The notes beneath the pieces are model-generated. The model ran no database searches. It saw only the letters and a list, made by a program, of their open reading frames with translations, and was not told the DNA's origin. A stretch of DNA of 64,000 bases, taken from assembly GCA_964607485.1 (NCBI GenBank), contig CAZSKP010000008.1, positions 69,168 to 133,167 of the forward strand, read 5' to 3'. A program made the translations under genes and the position numbers. Below, one piece after another: positions 19,307 through 29,344 of the stretch (position 1 is its first letter; each line of letters starts with the position of its first letter). Origin of the DNA: an uncultured bacterium. GTDB lineage: Bacteria > Abyssobacteria > SURF-5.

Positions 19307-20266
19307 ATGTCCACAAGAGCCCGATTGCTGTCCGCATCTGTCATGGGCGCGCTGTTGCTCGCGCTGATGTGCGCCGGCGCTGATGCGGCATTGATATGGA
19401 CCCCGCAGACCGGCCGCTGGATCGACCCCAGACGTCAGCCGAAGGAGACGCCTGCGCTTCAATTCCAGTATGCCGAGAAATTGCTGGCGGATGGAGACAC
19501 GGAGAAGGCGATCAACGAGTACAAGAAAGTCCTGCGCTATTTCCCCGAGAGCAACTACTGCGACCTCGCCCAATACTCGATCGGCAGGGCGCTTGAGGCG
19601 CAGGGCGACTACGAAGAGGCCGTCAAGGAGTACCAGAAGGTCATCGACGACTATCCCAACACACAGCTGTTCAGCCACGTTCTGGAGAAGCAGCGAAAGA
19701 TCGCCGACCATTACTTCGACCTGGGCGTCCAGCGCGAGGAACGCTTCGCCCTGTTCAGGGGCAGCAACTTCGATAAGGCGATCGAGACGTATCGGAAGGT
19801 CATCGACAACCAGCCGTTCACCGAGCTTTCGGCCGAGGCGCAGTACCGTATCGGTCTCTGCTACACGAAGCTCGAGCTGTACGACGAGGCGAGCGCCGAG
19901 TATCAGAAGGTCATCGACTTCTATCCCGCCTCCAATTGGACGATGGAGTCCGCGTTCGGATGCGCCGAATGCAAGTTCTTCCAGGCGCTTCCCTGTGAGT
20001 ACGACAAGACGGCCGCCGAGCAGGCGATAGAGAAGTTTAGCTATTTCCTCAAGGCGTATCCCCAAAGCCCGCGGGCGGAGGAAGCGCGCAAAAAGCTCAA
20101 ACAGGTTCAGGAAACCGCGGCCGAGCACGAATACCAGATCGGCATGTTCTATCACCATAATATGAAGTTCGACTCGGCTCGCCTGTACTTGGATTCCGTC
20201 GTGCGCGATTATCCGGAGACACAATGCGCAAGCAAGGCTCGCGAAACGCTCAGCGCAATGCCGTGA
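19307..20266 (+). CDS. bamD: Outer membrane protein assembly factor BamD (TPR lipoprotein)
   Basis: Signal with Cys lipobox-like LMCAGAD, TPR repeats, typical BamD length and pattern (YKKVLRYFPESNY..., YRKVIDNQPFTE...). Confidence 0.7.
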   Translation: MSTRARLLSASVMGALLLALMCAGADAALIWTPQTGRWIDPRRQPKETPALQFQYAEKLLADGDTEKAINEYKKVLRYFPESNYCDLAQYSIGRALEAQGDYEEAVKEYQKVIDDYPNTQLFSHVLEKQRKIADHYFDLGVQREERFALFRGSNFDKAIETYRKVIDNQPFTELSAEAQYRIGLCYTKLELYDEASAEYQKVIDFYPASNWTMESAFGCAECKFFQALPCEYDKTAAEQAIEKFSYFLKAYPQSPRAEEARKKLKQVQETAAEHEYQIGMFYHHNMKFDSARLYLDSVVRDYPETQCASKARETLSAMP

Positions 20267-20766
20267 GGCCGGTTGGAAGGTGGTGGGCCGCTCTCTGCGT
20301 CTGCCTGACGGTCTTCGGCTGCGGCTACTCCGTCGCGAACACCAGGCTCTCGGACGACTATCGAACCATCGCGATTCCCGCATTCAAGAACGAGAGCTTC
20401 GAGCAGGAAGTCCAGATACGCGTCACCAACCTGCTGATTCGCGAGATGGAAGCCGATGGGCGGCTTCGCGTCGTTGACGACCCGGGCTCCGCCGACCTGG
20501 TGCTGAGGGGGGCCATAACCGGCTTCGAAGCGCACGCGATAAGCTTCAGCACGGACGACAACATCGGCCAGTTCAAGATAACCCTCGTGGCGAGGGCGAC
20601 TCTCGAAGACACAAAGACCGGCCGGGTGATATGGCAGGATGACAATCTGAGAGGGTCGGATTTTTACGAGACGCTCGGCGGACGCACGCGAGCGGAAGGA
20701 CTGGACGAGGCGGTGGAAAACCTCGTCGAGACGCTGATATACGAGTGCTTCGACAGTTACTGGTGA
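20224..20766 (+). CDS. lptE: LPS-assembly lipoprotein LptE
   Basis: Lipobox LTVFGCGYS; LptE-like core IAIPAFKNESFEQE...LVLRGAITGF; bamD-lptE adjacency is common; 43-bp overlap with bamD. Confidence 0.65.
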   Translation: MRKQGSRNAQRNAVRPVGRWWAALCVCLTVFGCGYSVANTRLSDDYRTIAIPAFKNESFEQEVQIRVTNLLIREMEADGRLRVVDDPGSADLVLRGAITGFEAHAISFSTDDNIGQFKITLVARATLEDTKTGRVIWQDDNLRGSDFYETLGGRTRAEGLDEAVENLVETLIYECFDSYW

Positions 20767-20824
20767 ACGTGCCGCGTCGCGCCGAAGCTGCCGACTGATG
20801 ACCTCGACCCGCACCGTCTTCTGA

Positions 20825-21832
20825 ATGACAACATACGCCGAGCTCAAAAAGAAACTCCGAAGCGACAACCTCTCACGGCTTTACCTGCTTCTCGGTCCGG
20901 AGGAGTATCTTGCGCGCCGACTGACCTCCCGGATAATCGAGCTCGCGCTCGGGGACGGGCTGAAAGACTTCAACTTCGCCGAGCTCGACGCCTCCGCGAC
21001 GGGAGCCCCCGCTCTTCTTCAGGAACTCAACTCGTACCCGCTGGGCGCATCGAGGCGCGTAGTGCTCATTCGCCAAGTCGTGTCGCTGGCGGACTCGACG
21101 CAGGAGGCGCTTCAGACCTCGCTGGCCGACCTGCCCGACTTCCTCACACTTATCCTCACCGCCGACCGGATGGACAAGCGCAAGACGCTTTACAAGGCGA
21201 TTGCGAAAGAGGGTGTCGTCGTCGAGCTCAAGCCGCTGCGGCCGGCCGAGGTGAAGGCGTGGATTCGCGAAGCGCTCCGGGAGCGGGGCAAGCAGATATC
21301 TCCCAAGCTCACCGAAAGCATTTTCGAGCTGACGGGCGCCGACCTCTCCGATGTTTCCAACGAGGTGAACAACCTTCTGGAATATCTTGGTGAGAGGGAA
21401 AAGGTGACGCAGGCCGACGTGGATGCGCTCGTCACCTCGAGGCGCAAGGAACCCATTTACAGGCTGACCGAGCACGTCGCCGACAAGGACCTCATCGGCG
21501 CGTGGGCCGTTTTGCGACAGATGCTGGCCGAGGGGGAGCAGGAACTCCGGATTCTGTGGCATCTCGACTTTACGATGAAGAGGATGCTGCGCGCGAAGTG
21601 TTTGCTGGAGGATGGAATGGGGGAGGACGCGGTCGCCGAGGCATTGCAGATACGGCCGTTCCTCAAGTCGCGCTTCCTCCAGCAGGTGCGTTCCTTCTCG
21701 CTGGACGAGCTGAAGGCGAAGTACCACACGATTGTGGAGTGGGACAACAAGTTCAAGTCCACTTCACGCTGGCATCCGGATATCGACCTGGACCTGCTGG
21801 TGAGGGAGCTGTGCGCTACGCGAGAGCGTTGA
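20825..21832 (+). CDS. holA: DNA polymerase III subunit delta
   Basis: LYLLLGPEEYL N-terminal motif and overall HolA architecture; convergent overlap with rpsT. Confidence 0.75.
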   Translation: MTTYAELKKKLRSDNLSRLYLLLGPEEYLARRLTSRIIELALGDGLKDFNFAELDASATGAPALLQELNSYPLGASRRVVLIRQVVSLADSTQEALQTSLADLPDFLTLILTADRMDKRKTLYKAIAKEGVVVELKPLRPAEVKAWIREALRERGKQISPKLTESIFELTGADLSDVSNEVNNLLEYLGEREKVTQADVDALVTSRRKEPIYRLTEHVADKDLIGAWAVLRQMLAEGEQELRILWHLDFTMKRMLRAKCLLEDGMGEDAVAEALQIRPFLKSRFLQQVRSFSLDELKAKYHTIVEWDNKFKSTSRWHPDIDLDLLVRELCATRER

Positions 21833-22079
21833 CGCGCCGTGTCAGCGAGGATTTTTTCCGCGAAGCCGAGTTCTTGCTGAGAGCTTTTTGGGAAGCGGCC
21901 TTGTCGATGGCGGCGGCAACGGTGGGGAGAAGTTTCCGCGCGCCGTCGGAATCGTTCTGTTCTATTGCGGTCTCAAGCCTCTTTATCGCCGTCTTGTATT
22001 TCGAGATGTTCCCGCGATTGCGGAGCCGATGCCGCTCGTTCTGGCGAATACGCTTGAGGACTGACTTGCTTTTTTTCAC
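21816..22079 (-). CDS. rpsT: 30S ribosomal protein S20
   Basis: 87 aa, basic, KRIRQNERHRLRNRGNISKYKTAIKRLE pattern; GTG start preceded by GGGAGGTG. Confidence 0.85.
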   Translation of the reverse strand: MKKSKSVLKRIRQNERHRLRNRGNISKYKTAIKRLETAIEQNDSDGARKLLPTVAAAIDKAASQKALSKNSASRKKSSLTRRVNALA

Positions 22080-22204
22080 GAACCTGAATTCACCTCCCGG
22101 TTGCGCCGTATTGGAACCACATGGTAGCAGATTCCGCTCCGAAAGTCAACAGGGCCCGAGTGAACGCGCCCGTTCCGGTCGCCCAGCGCGACCGCACGTG
22201 AGCC

Positions 22205-23785
22205 ATGCCAGAACAACCGCCTGCCGGACATAGCATCGCCCGCTCTGCGGCGCTGATAGGTTCGGGCACGATGCTCAGCCGCGTGTTCGGGCTCGTCCGC
22301 GACATGGTCATCGCCTACCTGTACCCGAAGGCGGTCAGCGACGCCTTCTTCGTCGCGTTTCGGCTTCCGAACATGCTCCGCGAGATGCTGGCCGAGGGGG
22401 CGATGAACGCCGGTTTCATACCCGTGTTCTCCGACTACATGGCCACGCGCCCGCGCGAGGAGGCGGAGGAACTGGTGGCGGTAGCGATCGGCGCCATGGC
22501 CGCCGTGCTGATGTCGGTCTCGGCGCTCGGGGTCATTTTCGCGCCGGCCATCGTGCGCTTTATCACGCTCGAATTCGGGCCGCCGAACGACAAGCTGCTG
22601 CTGGCGATTCGTCTCGCGAGGCTCCTTTTCCCCTATATCCTCCTCATCGGCATGGCCTCGCTGTTGATGGCGATTCTGAATTCGCTCCACCGCTTCTTCT
22701 CGTCCGCCTACGCGCCGATGCTGCTGAACGTTTCAATGATCGCCTGCGCGTATCTCTTCCGGCACAGTTTCAGGGAGCCGATATTCGGGCTGGCGGTCGG
22801 AGTGGTCGTGGGCGGAGTGCTCCAGATTCTCCTGCAGATTCCGTTCATTCGGAGGGTGAAAATTCCGCTGCGGGCCGCGTGGAACTTCAGGCACCCGGGG
22901 CTGCATCGCATATTCCTGCTGCTTCTGCCCACGTTCTTCGGCCAGGCGGTGCGCGAGGTGAACATCATCGTCGATACCATGCTGGCATGGTATCTCGGCG
23001 AGGGGATGGTCTCCGCGCTTTACTACGCTTACAGGATCGTGCACCTGCCGCTGGCGGTGTTCGGGCTGGCCATCGCCACGGCCATTTTGCCGACGATGTC
23101 GCGCGCATCGAGCACGGGCGACATCGGCGAGCTCAAGCGAACCCTGTCGCTCGGCCTGAGGTCGGTGTTTTTCATCATGCTGCCGGCGACGGTGGGGCTG
23201 ATAGTGCTGCGGGTGCCCATCGTGAGGCTCCTGTTCGAGCATGGGCGGTTCGACGCCGTCGCGACCGACAACACGGCGTTCGCGCTGCTGTTTTATTCGT
23301 TCGGCCTCTTCGCCTTCGCGGGCGCCAAGGTGCTCGCCTTTGCCTTCTACTCGATGAAGGAGACGAAGCTTCCCGTCATGGTCGCGGTGGTTGCGATGGT
23401 CTCGAATGTCGTTCTCAACCTGCTGCTCATGATTCCGCTGAGGCAGGGCGGGCTGGCGCTGGCGTCGTCCATCTCCTCGACGATCAACATGGTCGTGCTG
23501 TGGATGTTCCTCGAAAGGAGAATCGGCGGCCTCGACGTGCGGACGATAGCGGCGGCCATGGCGAAGATATGCTGCCTGTCGCTGGCGATGGGCGTGTGCG
23601 TGTACGTTCTGGCGCTGGGCTGTGCGGGTGCGACGGGCACGGCTACGATATGGGGCAAGCTCGTGCACGTCGTGGTTCCCATACTCGGCGGCACCCTCTT
23701 CTACGTGGGATTGGCCCTCGCCCTCAACTTCGAAGAAGCCGCCCAGCTAAAACACATCTGGACCCGCCGACGGAAAACGACATAG
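22205..23785 (+). CDS. murJ: Lipid II flippase MurJ (MviN)
   Basis: 526 aa polytopic; N-terminal SAALIGSGTMLSRVFGLVRDMVIAYL... matches MurJ/MviN. Confidence 0.85.
   Translation: MPEQPPAGHSIARSAALIGSGTMLSRVFGLVRDMVIAYLYPKAVSDAFFVAFRLPNMLREMLAEGAMNAGFIPVFSDYMATRPREEAEELVAVAIGAMAAVLMSVSALGVIFAPAIVRFITLEFGPPNDKLLLAIRLARLLFPYILLIGMASLLMAILNSLHRFFSSAYAPMLLNVSMIACAYLFRHSFREPIFGLAVGVVVGGVLQILLQIPFIRRVKIPLRAAWNFRHPGLHRIFLLLLPTFFGQAVREVNIIVDTMLAWYLGEGMVSALYYAYRIVHLPLAVFGLAIATAILPTMSRASSTGDIGELKRTLSLGLRSVFFIMLPATVGLIVLRVPIVRLLFEHGRFDAVATDNTAFALLFYSFGLFAFAGAKVLAFAFYSMKETKLPVMVAVVAMVSNVVLNLLLMIPLRQGGLALASSISSTINMVVLWMFLERRIGGLDVRTIAAAMAKICCLSLAMGVCVYVLALGCAGATGTATIWGKLVHVVVPILGGTLFYVGLALALNFEEAAQLKHIWTRRRKTT
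23726..23785. repeat. Direct repeat L: last 19 codons + stop of murJ
   Basis: AACTTCGAAGAAGCCGCCCAGCTAAAACACATCTGGACCCGCCGACGGAAAACGACATAG; diverged copy at 26511-26570. Confidence 0.8.
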
Positions 23786-23984
23786 ACGCAGCGCATTAGG
23801 TGCATTTCCCCACTTTGCCTATTTCCCCAAATAGCGTATCTGGCGATGGTGTGTTACATTTTGAGTTAGTGTATCCCGGCATCGGTACGCATGTCGTCTT
23901 CCAGGCTGCGAATATTCGAATGCGAGGTTCCCCGTTTCCAGCAAGAGAGACCGCTCCGGACATTCATAAGGAGAAAGTGTCGCC

Positions 23985-26492
23985 ATGATGGAAAAAGAAA
24001 AGTCGTCTCACGACGATCAAGCCCATCATCACTCACCTGAGACCCAGAAGAGCGCGGAAGCTCATGGGACAAAGGACCCCGTCTGCGGGATGTCGGTGAA
24101 TCCGGAAGACTCAATCCGCTATGAACTGGACGGCAAGGTTTACCATTTCTGCAGCGAGGCCTGCCGTGACAAATTCGCGCAGAATCCGGGCGCCTATCTA
24201 AAGGACACAAAGGATGACCGTACACGCGAAACCGGGGGGCGCTTCGCCGAAACGAAGCCGGAGGCTCCGGAATATACGTGCCCCATGCATCCGGAGGTCC
24301 GGCAGAAGGAACCCGGCGCCTGCCCCAAGTGCGGTATGGCGCTCGAACCCGTCACTACAAGGCGGACCGAAGCCCGAGTCGAGTACACCTGTCCGATGCA
24401 TCCGGAAGTCGTTCAAGACAAGCCGGGGAATTGCCCGAAGTGCGGCATGGCATTGGAAAAGAGGACGGCTGAGCCGGAAGAGGCGGAAAGCGCCGAACTT
24501 GCCGACATGACCCGGCGCTTTTGGATAAGCGTGATCCTCACCGTTCCCGTGTTTGCCATAGCCATGTCGGAGGTGATTCCCGGCCAGCCTCTGCTCAGGT
24601 TCATACCCCGGCACCTCGTTTCATGGATCGAGTTGGCGCTGGCCACGCCGGTGGTGCTTTGGGGCGGATGGCCCTTCTTCCAGCGAGGATGGTCCTCCAT
24701 AGTAAACTTCAGTCTTAACATGTTCACGTTGATCGGATTGGGAACGGGCGCCGCGTATGCGTACAGCGTCATTGCGACGGTCGCGCCGGGGATATTCCCC
24801 GAATCGTTTCGCAACGAAGCGGGCGAGGTGGCGGTGTATTTCGAGGCCGCGGCGGTCATTGTGACGCTGGTGCTTCTCGGCCAGATGCTTGAGCTGAGGG
24901 CGCGAAGCCAGACCGGCTCGGCCATCAGGGCTCTGCTTGGACTTGCCTCAAAGACCGCTCGCCGCGTGCGGGACGACGGCACGGAGGAAGACATTCCGCT
25001 CGAAGAGGTGGCGGTGGGAGACCGTCTGCGGGTGCGCCCCGGCGAGAAAGTTCCGGTCGATGGCGCCATCATCGACGGGGGAAGCGCGATTGACGAGTCG
25101 ATGATCACCGGAGAGCCGATACCGGTGGAAAAGAAAGAGGGAGACAGGGTCATCGGCGCAACCGTGAACGGCACCGGCTCATTCGTGATGAAGGCGGAAC
25201 GAGTGGGGTCCGACACGCTCCTTGCCCAGATCGTTCATATGGTGGAAGAGGCGCAGCGAAGCCGCGCTCCAATCCAGAAATTGGCCGACGTAGTCGCGGG
25301 ATATTTTGTCCCGGGCGTGGTCGGGGTGGCGGTGCTGACGTTCATCATCTGGAGCATAGTCGGTCCCTCGCCCCGTATGGGGCACGCACTGGTGAACGCC
25401 GTAGCCGTGCTCATAATCGCCTGTCCCTGCGCGCTCGGACTGGCCACGCCCATGTCCATCATGGTGTCCACGGGAAAAGGGGCGACGGCGGGTGTCTTGT
25501 TCAAGAACGCCGAGGCAATCGAGGTCATGCGCAAGGTTGACACACTCGTTGTGGACAAGACCGGCACTCTTACCGAGGGGAAACCGAAACTCGTCACTGT
25601 TCTGCCGGCCAAAGGATGGAGCGAAACGGATATCCTGCGCCTGGCGGGTTCGCTGGAGCGGGGGAGCGAGCATCCTTTAGCCGCCGCAATAATCGCCGGC
25701 GCGGAAGAACGCCAGGTCGAGCTGGTCGGGGTGAAAGACTTTGAGTCGGTCACGGGAAAAGGAGTAAAGGGCGTCATAGAGGGACAATCGCTCGCTCTCG
25801 GAAATCAGAAGCTGCTCGAGGCGCTCGGCGTTGATGCGGCAGGGCTGGGAACCGATGCAGAAGATCTCAGGTCCGAGGGGCAGACCGTCATGTTTCTGGT
25901 CGCCGATAGGTCGGTCGCCGGGTTGTTGGGAGTAGGCGACCCCATCAAGGGAACGACGCCGGAAGCCATCCGCGGGCTTGCGGACGAGGGTGTCCGCACG
26001 GTCATGCTCACGGGCGACAATAAGACGACGGCGCAGGCCGTCGCCAGAAAACTGGGCCTCGGAGAGGTGATAGCCGACGTGTTGCCCGACCAGAAGGCAG
26101 AGGCCGTGAAGCGCCTGCAAGGCGAGGGCCGAATCGTAGCCATGGCGGGAGACGGTGTCAACGATGCGCCGGCATTGGCGCAGGCGCAAGTCGGGATCGC
26201 CATGGGAACGGGAACGGACGTGGCGATGGAGAGCGCGGGCGTGACGCTCGTGAAAGGCGACCTGCAGGGAATCGTTCGGGCGCGGCGCCTCAGCCAGGCG
26301 ACAATGCGGAACATCAAACAGAACCTTTTCTTCGCCTTCATTTACAATTCTGTCGGCGTCCCAATCGCAGCAGGAATCCTGTATCCGTTCTTCGGCATTT
26401 TGCTCAGCCCCATGATTGCGGCGGCGGCCATGAGCTTCAGTTCCGTGTCGGTCGTGGGAAATGCATTGAGGCTGCGCAAGACATCGCTTTAG
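23985..26492 (+). CDS. copA: Copper-translocating P-type ATPase (P1B type) with N-terminal TRASH/YHS-like and two CxxC metal-binding modules
   Basis: DKTGTLT, CPC ([12 protein letters not shown]), [10 protein letters not shown] motifs; N-terminal DPVCGMSV...YHFCSEAC and two CPMHPEV...CPKCGM modules. Confidence 0.85.
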   Translation: MMEKEKSSHDDQAHHHSPETQKSAEAHGTKDPVCGMSVNPEDSIRYELDGKVYHFCSEACRDKFAQNPGAYLKDTKDDRTRETGGRFAETKPEAPEYTCPMHPEVRQKEPGACPKCGMALEPVTTRRTEARVEYTCPMHPEVVQDKPGNCPKCGMALEKRTAEPEEAESAELADMTRRFWISVILTVPVFAIAMSEVIPGQPLLRFIPRHLVSWIELALATPVVLWGGWPFFQRGWSSIVNFSLNMFTLIGLGTGAAYAYSVIATVAPGIFPESFRNEAGEVAVYFEAAAVIVTLVLLGQMLELRARSQTGSAIRALLGLASKTARRVRDDGTEEDIPLEEVAVGDRLRVRPGEKVPVDGAIIDGGSAIDESMITGEPIPVEKKEGDRVIGATVNGTGSFVMKAERVGSDTLLAQIVHMVEEAQRSRAPIQKLADVVAGYFVPGVVGVAVLTFIIWSIVGPSPRMGHALVNAVAVLIIACPCALGLATPMSIMVSTGKGATAGVLFKNAEAIEVMRKVDTLVVDKTGTLTEGKPKLVTVLPAKGWSETDILRLAGSLERGSEHPLAAAIIAGAEERQVELVGVKDFESVTGKGVKGVIEGQSLALGNQKLLEALGVDAAGLGTDAEDLRSEGQTVMFLVADRSVAGLLGVGDPIKGTTPEAIRGLADEGVRTVMLTGDNKTTAQAVARKLGLGEVIADVLPDQKAEAVKRLQGEGRIVAMAGDGVNDAPALAQAQVGIAMGTGTDVAMESAGVTLVKGDLQGIVRARRLSQATMRNIKQNLFFAFIYNSVGVPIAAGILYPFFGILLSPMIAAAAMSFSSVSVVGNALRLRKTSL

Positions 26493-26510
26493 TAGAGGAA
26501 CAGACCCCGC

Positions 26511-26570
26511 AACTATAAAGAAACCGCCCAGCTAAGACACATCTGGACACGCCGCCGAAAAACTACGTAG
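26511..26570. repeat. Direct repeat R: diverged duplicate of the murJ 3' end (still in frame, ends in TAG)
   Basis: AACTATAAAGAAACCGCCCAGCTAAGACACATCTGGACACGCCGCCGAAAAACTACGTAG = NYKETAQLRHIWTRRRKTT*, 50/60 nt identical to murJ tail, differences mostly synonymous. Confidence 0.75.
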
Positions 26571-26779
26571 CCGCGTTCCTTTCCCACTGACCGCCCGCGA
26601 AAGAGCAAAAAATAGGTATTATGTCCCCGGAATTCTGGAATTCACTTGCCTGCTGGCGCTCTGTTCCAGAAGTACCTTTACAAATTCACCCGACGCACCG
26701 CTGACCGTTTATGTCATTCCCACGAAAGTGGGAATCCAGTTTGTAAAGAAAAATCTTGGATCCCCCACCTTCCCCGTTC

Positions 26780-27373
26780 CTATCTGCCCACTAAGAACAT
26801 GTCAACAACTGCTTTGTTAAATTCTCCGTTTAACAAATCTTCGGGTGGCTTGTCTGTCAACGTAGCCCATTCATTGTGGGCTTTAAAAATTATACTGTTC
26901 ACGGTTTTGTTGAGTGTTATGTCAACGACTTCTATTTTCACTTCTACCTTGTCTGCCCTTCCGCTCCAAGGAGTATTCCTGTCTTCCCAATGTAGAATTG
27001 TAGGAACAACTAGAAACTGGATGTCTTGCTCTTTACATAGAAGTATAGCGTGCTCTCTATCCTTTGTATTAAACCTTTCTACTTGCGAAAAGAGGCCTAA
27101 TAGTGCTGCCTGCACTTTATTAGCAACAACAATGCCGCTTCCCAAGTATACTTTAGTTTTCTCAGTGGTTTTCGCTGTCCGTGACGTCATGTTGCCCACA
27201 TCATCATGATAAATAAATGTATGGCTCCCATCATCCGTCAGCATTACTGCAATCTTCTCACTATGATTGAATGTTATTGGGTTGAGACTGTCGTCCCTAA
27301 GAGTCTTCTGCATTCTGGCATAGCAACCACTTGCGAACATCAATATCGAGATTACAAGAATTATCTTCCTCAT
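26780..27373 (-). CDS. Hypothetical lipoprotein (AT-rich island)
   Basis: Lipobox MFASGC; 197 aa; low-GC codon usage unlike the backbone. Confidence 0.55.
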   Translation of the reverse strand: MRKIILVISILMFASGCYARMQKTLRDDSLNPITFNHSEKIAVMLTDDGSHTFIYHDDVGNMTSRTAKTTEKTKVYLGSGIVVANKVQAALLGLFSQVERFNTKDREHAILLCKEQDIQFLVVPTILHWEDRNTPWSGRADKVEVKIEVVDITLNKTVNSIIFKAHNEWATLTDKPPEDLLNGEFNKAVVDMFLVGR

Positions 27374-27499
27374 CCGTTTCTCCCTTGTCGTCTTCTTCCA
27401 TTTACAGTTATGCTTCGATCCCCTTCAGACCTTAATGAGAGAGCAAAACTTAGAGATTATGTCCTCGGAACAGCTTCCGCGCCCTCTCTGATTCGCCCG

Positions 27500-28147
27500 T
27501 TAAAGGCCTATTCGGTTCACAAGTTCTGACGGTTTTACAACGTAACTGAGAACACGACTTTTCTGCTTTCGAGCAAGTCTTATCAGCTTGAAGTCTAGTG
27601 TTAAGAAATAGTCACATTCATTATGTTCCGCGCACCATAAGTGAAACGCATCCAGAAGCTGGTTCCGGCAAAATTTTCCCGGCCCTTGATAGGCTCCGAC
27701 TATTTTCTGTAATTCGAGAAAACGTTGATTCTTGATTGATGATAGAAATCGGAATTGCATCTCCCTGGCATCAAAACCTGACGCATTAAGGACCCTGCCG
27801 TATTTTATCGGAGCATCTACAAGCTCATACGGCGCACCATAGAATTTCCCTGTTTCGCTATCCATCTTGGGTATTCCCCAGCTCTCGAAAAGAGTTTCCG
27901 CCTGAACGACGTACTTGACACTACCGGTCTTCCCCGCATCGGCTAACGATGGTAGTAATTCAGTCTCTGACTTCAAGTCAGGATTGTCAATGGTATCGTT
28001 TGGGTTAACGCGGACAGACTCATGTACGGTTACATCAAATACTTGACCACCCCAATTGATCTTTTGCTTTCTTGGACACAATCTGGGTAGTTGAGTTGCT
28101 GAAAACTTCAAGACGGTCGTATCTATATATACCTTTGGGGGTATCAT
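27500..28147 (-). CDS. PIN-like domain protein (hypothetical)
   Basis: N-terminal VYIDTTVL (PIN first Asp) and C-terminal DAFHLWCAEHNECDYFLTLDFK (PIN distal acidic block); 215 aa; AT-rich. Confidence 0.45.
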   Translation of the reverse strand: MIPPKVYIDTTVLKFSATQLPRLCPRKQKINWGGQVFDVTVHESVRVNPNDTIDNPDLKSETELLPSLADAGKTGSVKYVVQAETLFESWGIPKMDSETGKFYGAPYELVDAPIKYGRVLNASGFDAREMQFRFLSSIKNQRFLELQKIVGAYQGPGKFCRNQLLDAFHLWCAEHNECDYFLTLDFKLIRLARKQKSRVLSYVVKPSELVNRIGL

Positions 28148-28195
28148 GGGTCATTTCCGCAACATAGGTACGCGTTTGGGGTCTGACCTCGCTTC

Positions 28196-28507
28196 TTAGA
28201 TGTTTTCTCGTCGATCGTCTTTAGCCATCCGATTCGCGCAACGGCTACAATAGCCGTCGTTCATCCAAAGGCCGATCAGTTCGTGCCCTTCGACATCATG
28301 GTTTCCGCACTTGCATTTCCGCATGAGCCATTCGTCCACAACGTAAGTCTTGAAAACGTGAAGCTGTTTTTCAGACAGACTATTCAATCCGTCTGTCATC
28401 ACCTGCTTTGTGATTCCCGCAGATGCTTTCTCCAGCTCGTACTCGATCAAAAAATTCAACGCTTCCTCGTCGAGGAGTGAGGAGTCGAAGTCTTCTCGCC
28501 AATCCAT
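28196..28507 (-). CDS. Small acidic protein with C-terminal zinc-ribbon-like CxC...CxxC
   Basis: 103 aa; KCKCGNH...CSRC; immediately upstream of, and co-oriented with, the PIN-like gene. Confidence 0.45.
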   Translation of the reverse strand: MDWREDFDSSLLDEEALNFLIEYELEKASAGITKQVMTDGLNSLSEKQLHVFKTYVVDEWLMRKCKCGNHDVEGHELIGLWMNDGYCSRCANRMAKDDRRENI

Positions 28508-28610
28508 CTTGCACCTCCTCTTGTAGGCGAACTAGTTCTTAGTTGGCTGGTCTTTTGAGTGCTGGGGAAAGACACGCCCCATTTGATGCGGTTGTTCGAC
28601 TAGAAAATTA

Positions 28611-29270
28611 CTATTCAATCTGTTGCGTAAGAATTGCCAAGATTTCTTGTTCAAGTTTCCCGTTTGGCTGGCAGAGAGTCCCGCTGAAAGACCCTGAACC
28701 GGGAAATCTGGCTTGCTGTCCAGAGACGAAAGAAATCGTATCTGAGAAGTTGCTGGATGCACCTTGGACATTTCTTGCGGTGATGGATTTTGTCAAGACA
28801 TATTTTGTGTTGACTGTAATTTGACATGTCTTTGATGAAATCTCTTCAATGATTATATTTATTCTTCCTTCAAGATTCATTCGACGCTCTATGAAAAAAA
28901 GTCCGCCCCCATGTTCCATGTCCATCACTTCGTACGTTTGATGAGCCCTTGCGGCTGGGAAATCATACACTCTTTCTCCTCGTGCATTCTTCACATATGA
29001 ATTGACCTGACCGCAATCAACATATTTTTCTGGATCGCCGCTATAACTTACGTTGATAATGCCAGAGTCTTTATCCAAATTATTTATTACAAAGAAGCTC
29101 TTACCTAAAGCAGGAATAATTCTTTTCCAAAACTCATCTTTGCTCATACTGATGGTGACCGAATTATGGGGTAGAGGATTTGTCGTTGGTGGGAAATATT
29201 GAAATCTCCCTGCACAAGCTGCAAAAAACGACACAAGGGACAGTGTTAAGAAAATCTTGGCCTTCGACAT
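28611..29270 (-). CDS. Hypothetical lipoprotein
   Basis: Signal + lipobox SFFAACAG; start placed at MSKAKIFL; AT-rich. Confidence 0.5.
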   Translation of the reverse strand: MSKAKIFLTLSLVSFFAACAGRFQYFPPTTNPLPHNSVTISMSKDEFWKRIIPALGKSFFVINNLDKDSGIINVSYSGDPEKYVDCGQVNSYVKNARGERVYDFPAARAHQTYEVMDMEHGGGLFFIERRMNLEGRINIIIEEISSKTCQITVNTKYVLTKSITARNVQGASSNFSDTISFVSGQQARFPGSGSFSGTLCQPNGKLEQEILAILTQQIE

Positions 29271-29344
29271 TTGCTGCCTTTCTTCCAACACCTTAGGGGT
29301 GTATCCAGTTCTGACTCCTTTTCCCCGGCAGCTTTCCCGAGTCT

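Noticed and set aside
23786-23984. Possible metalloregulator operator (CTATTTCCCCAAATAG) in the copA leader
   Set aside because: Short 6-bp inverted repeat only. No CsoR/CueR/CopY gene in the window to support it.
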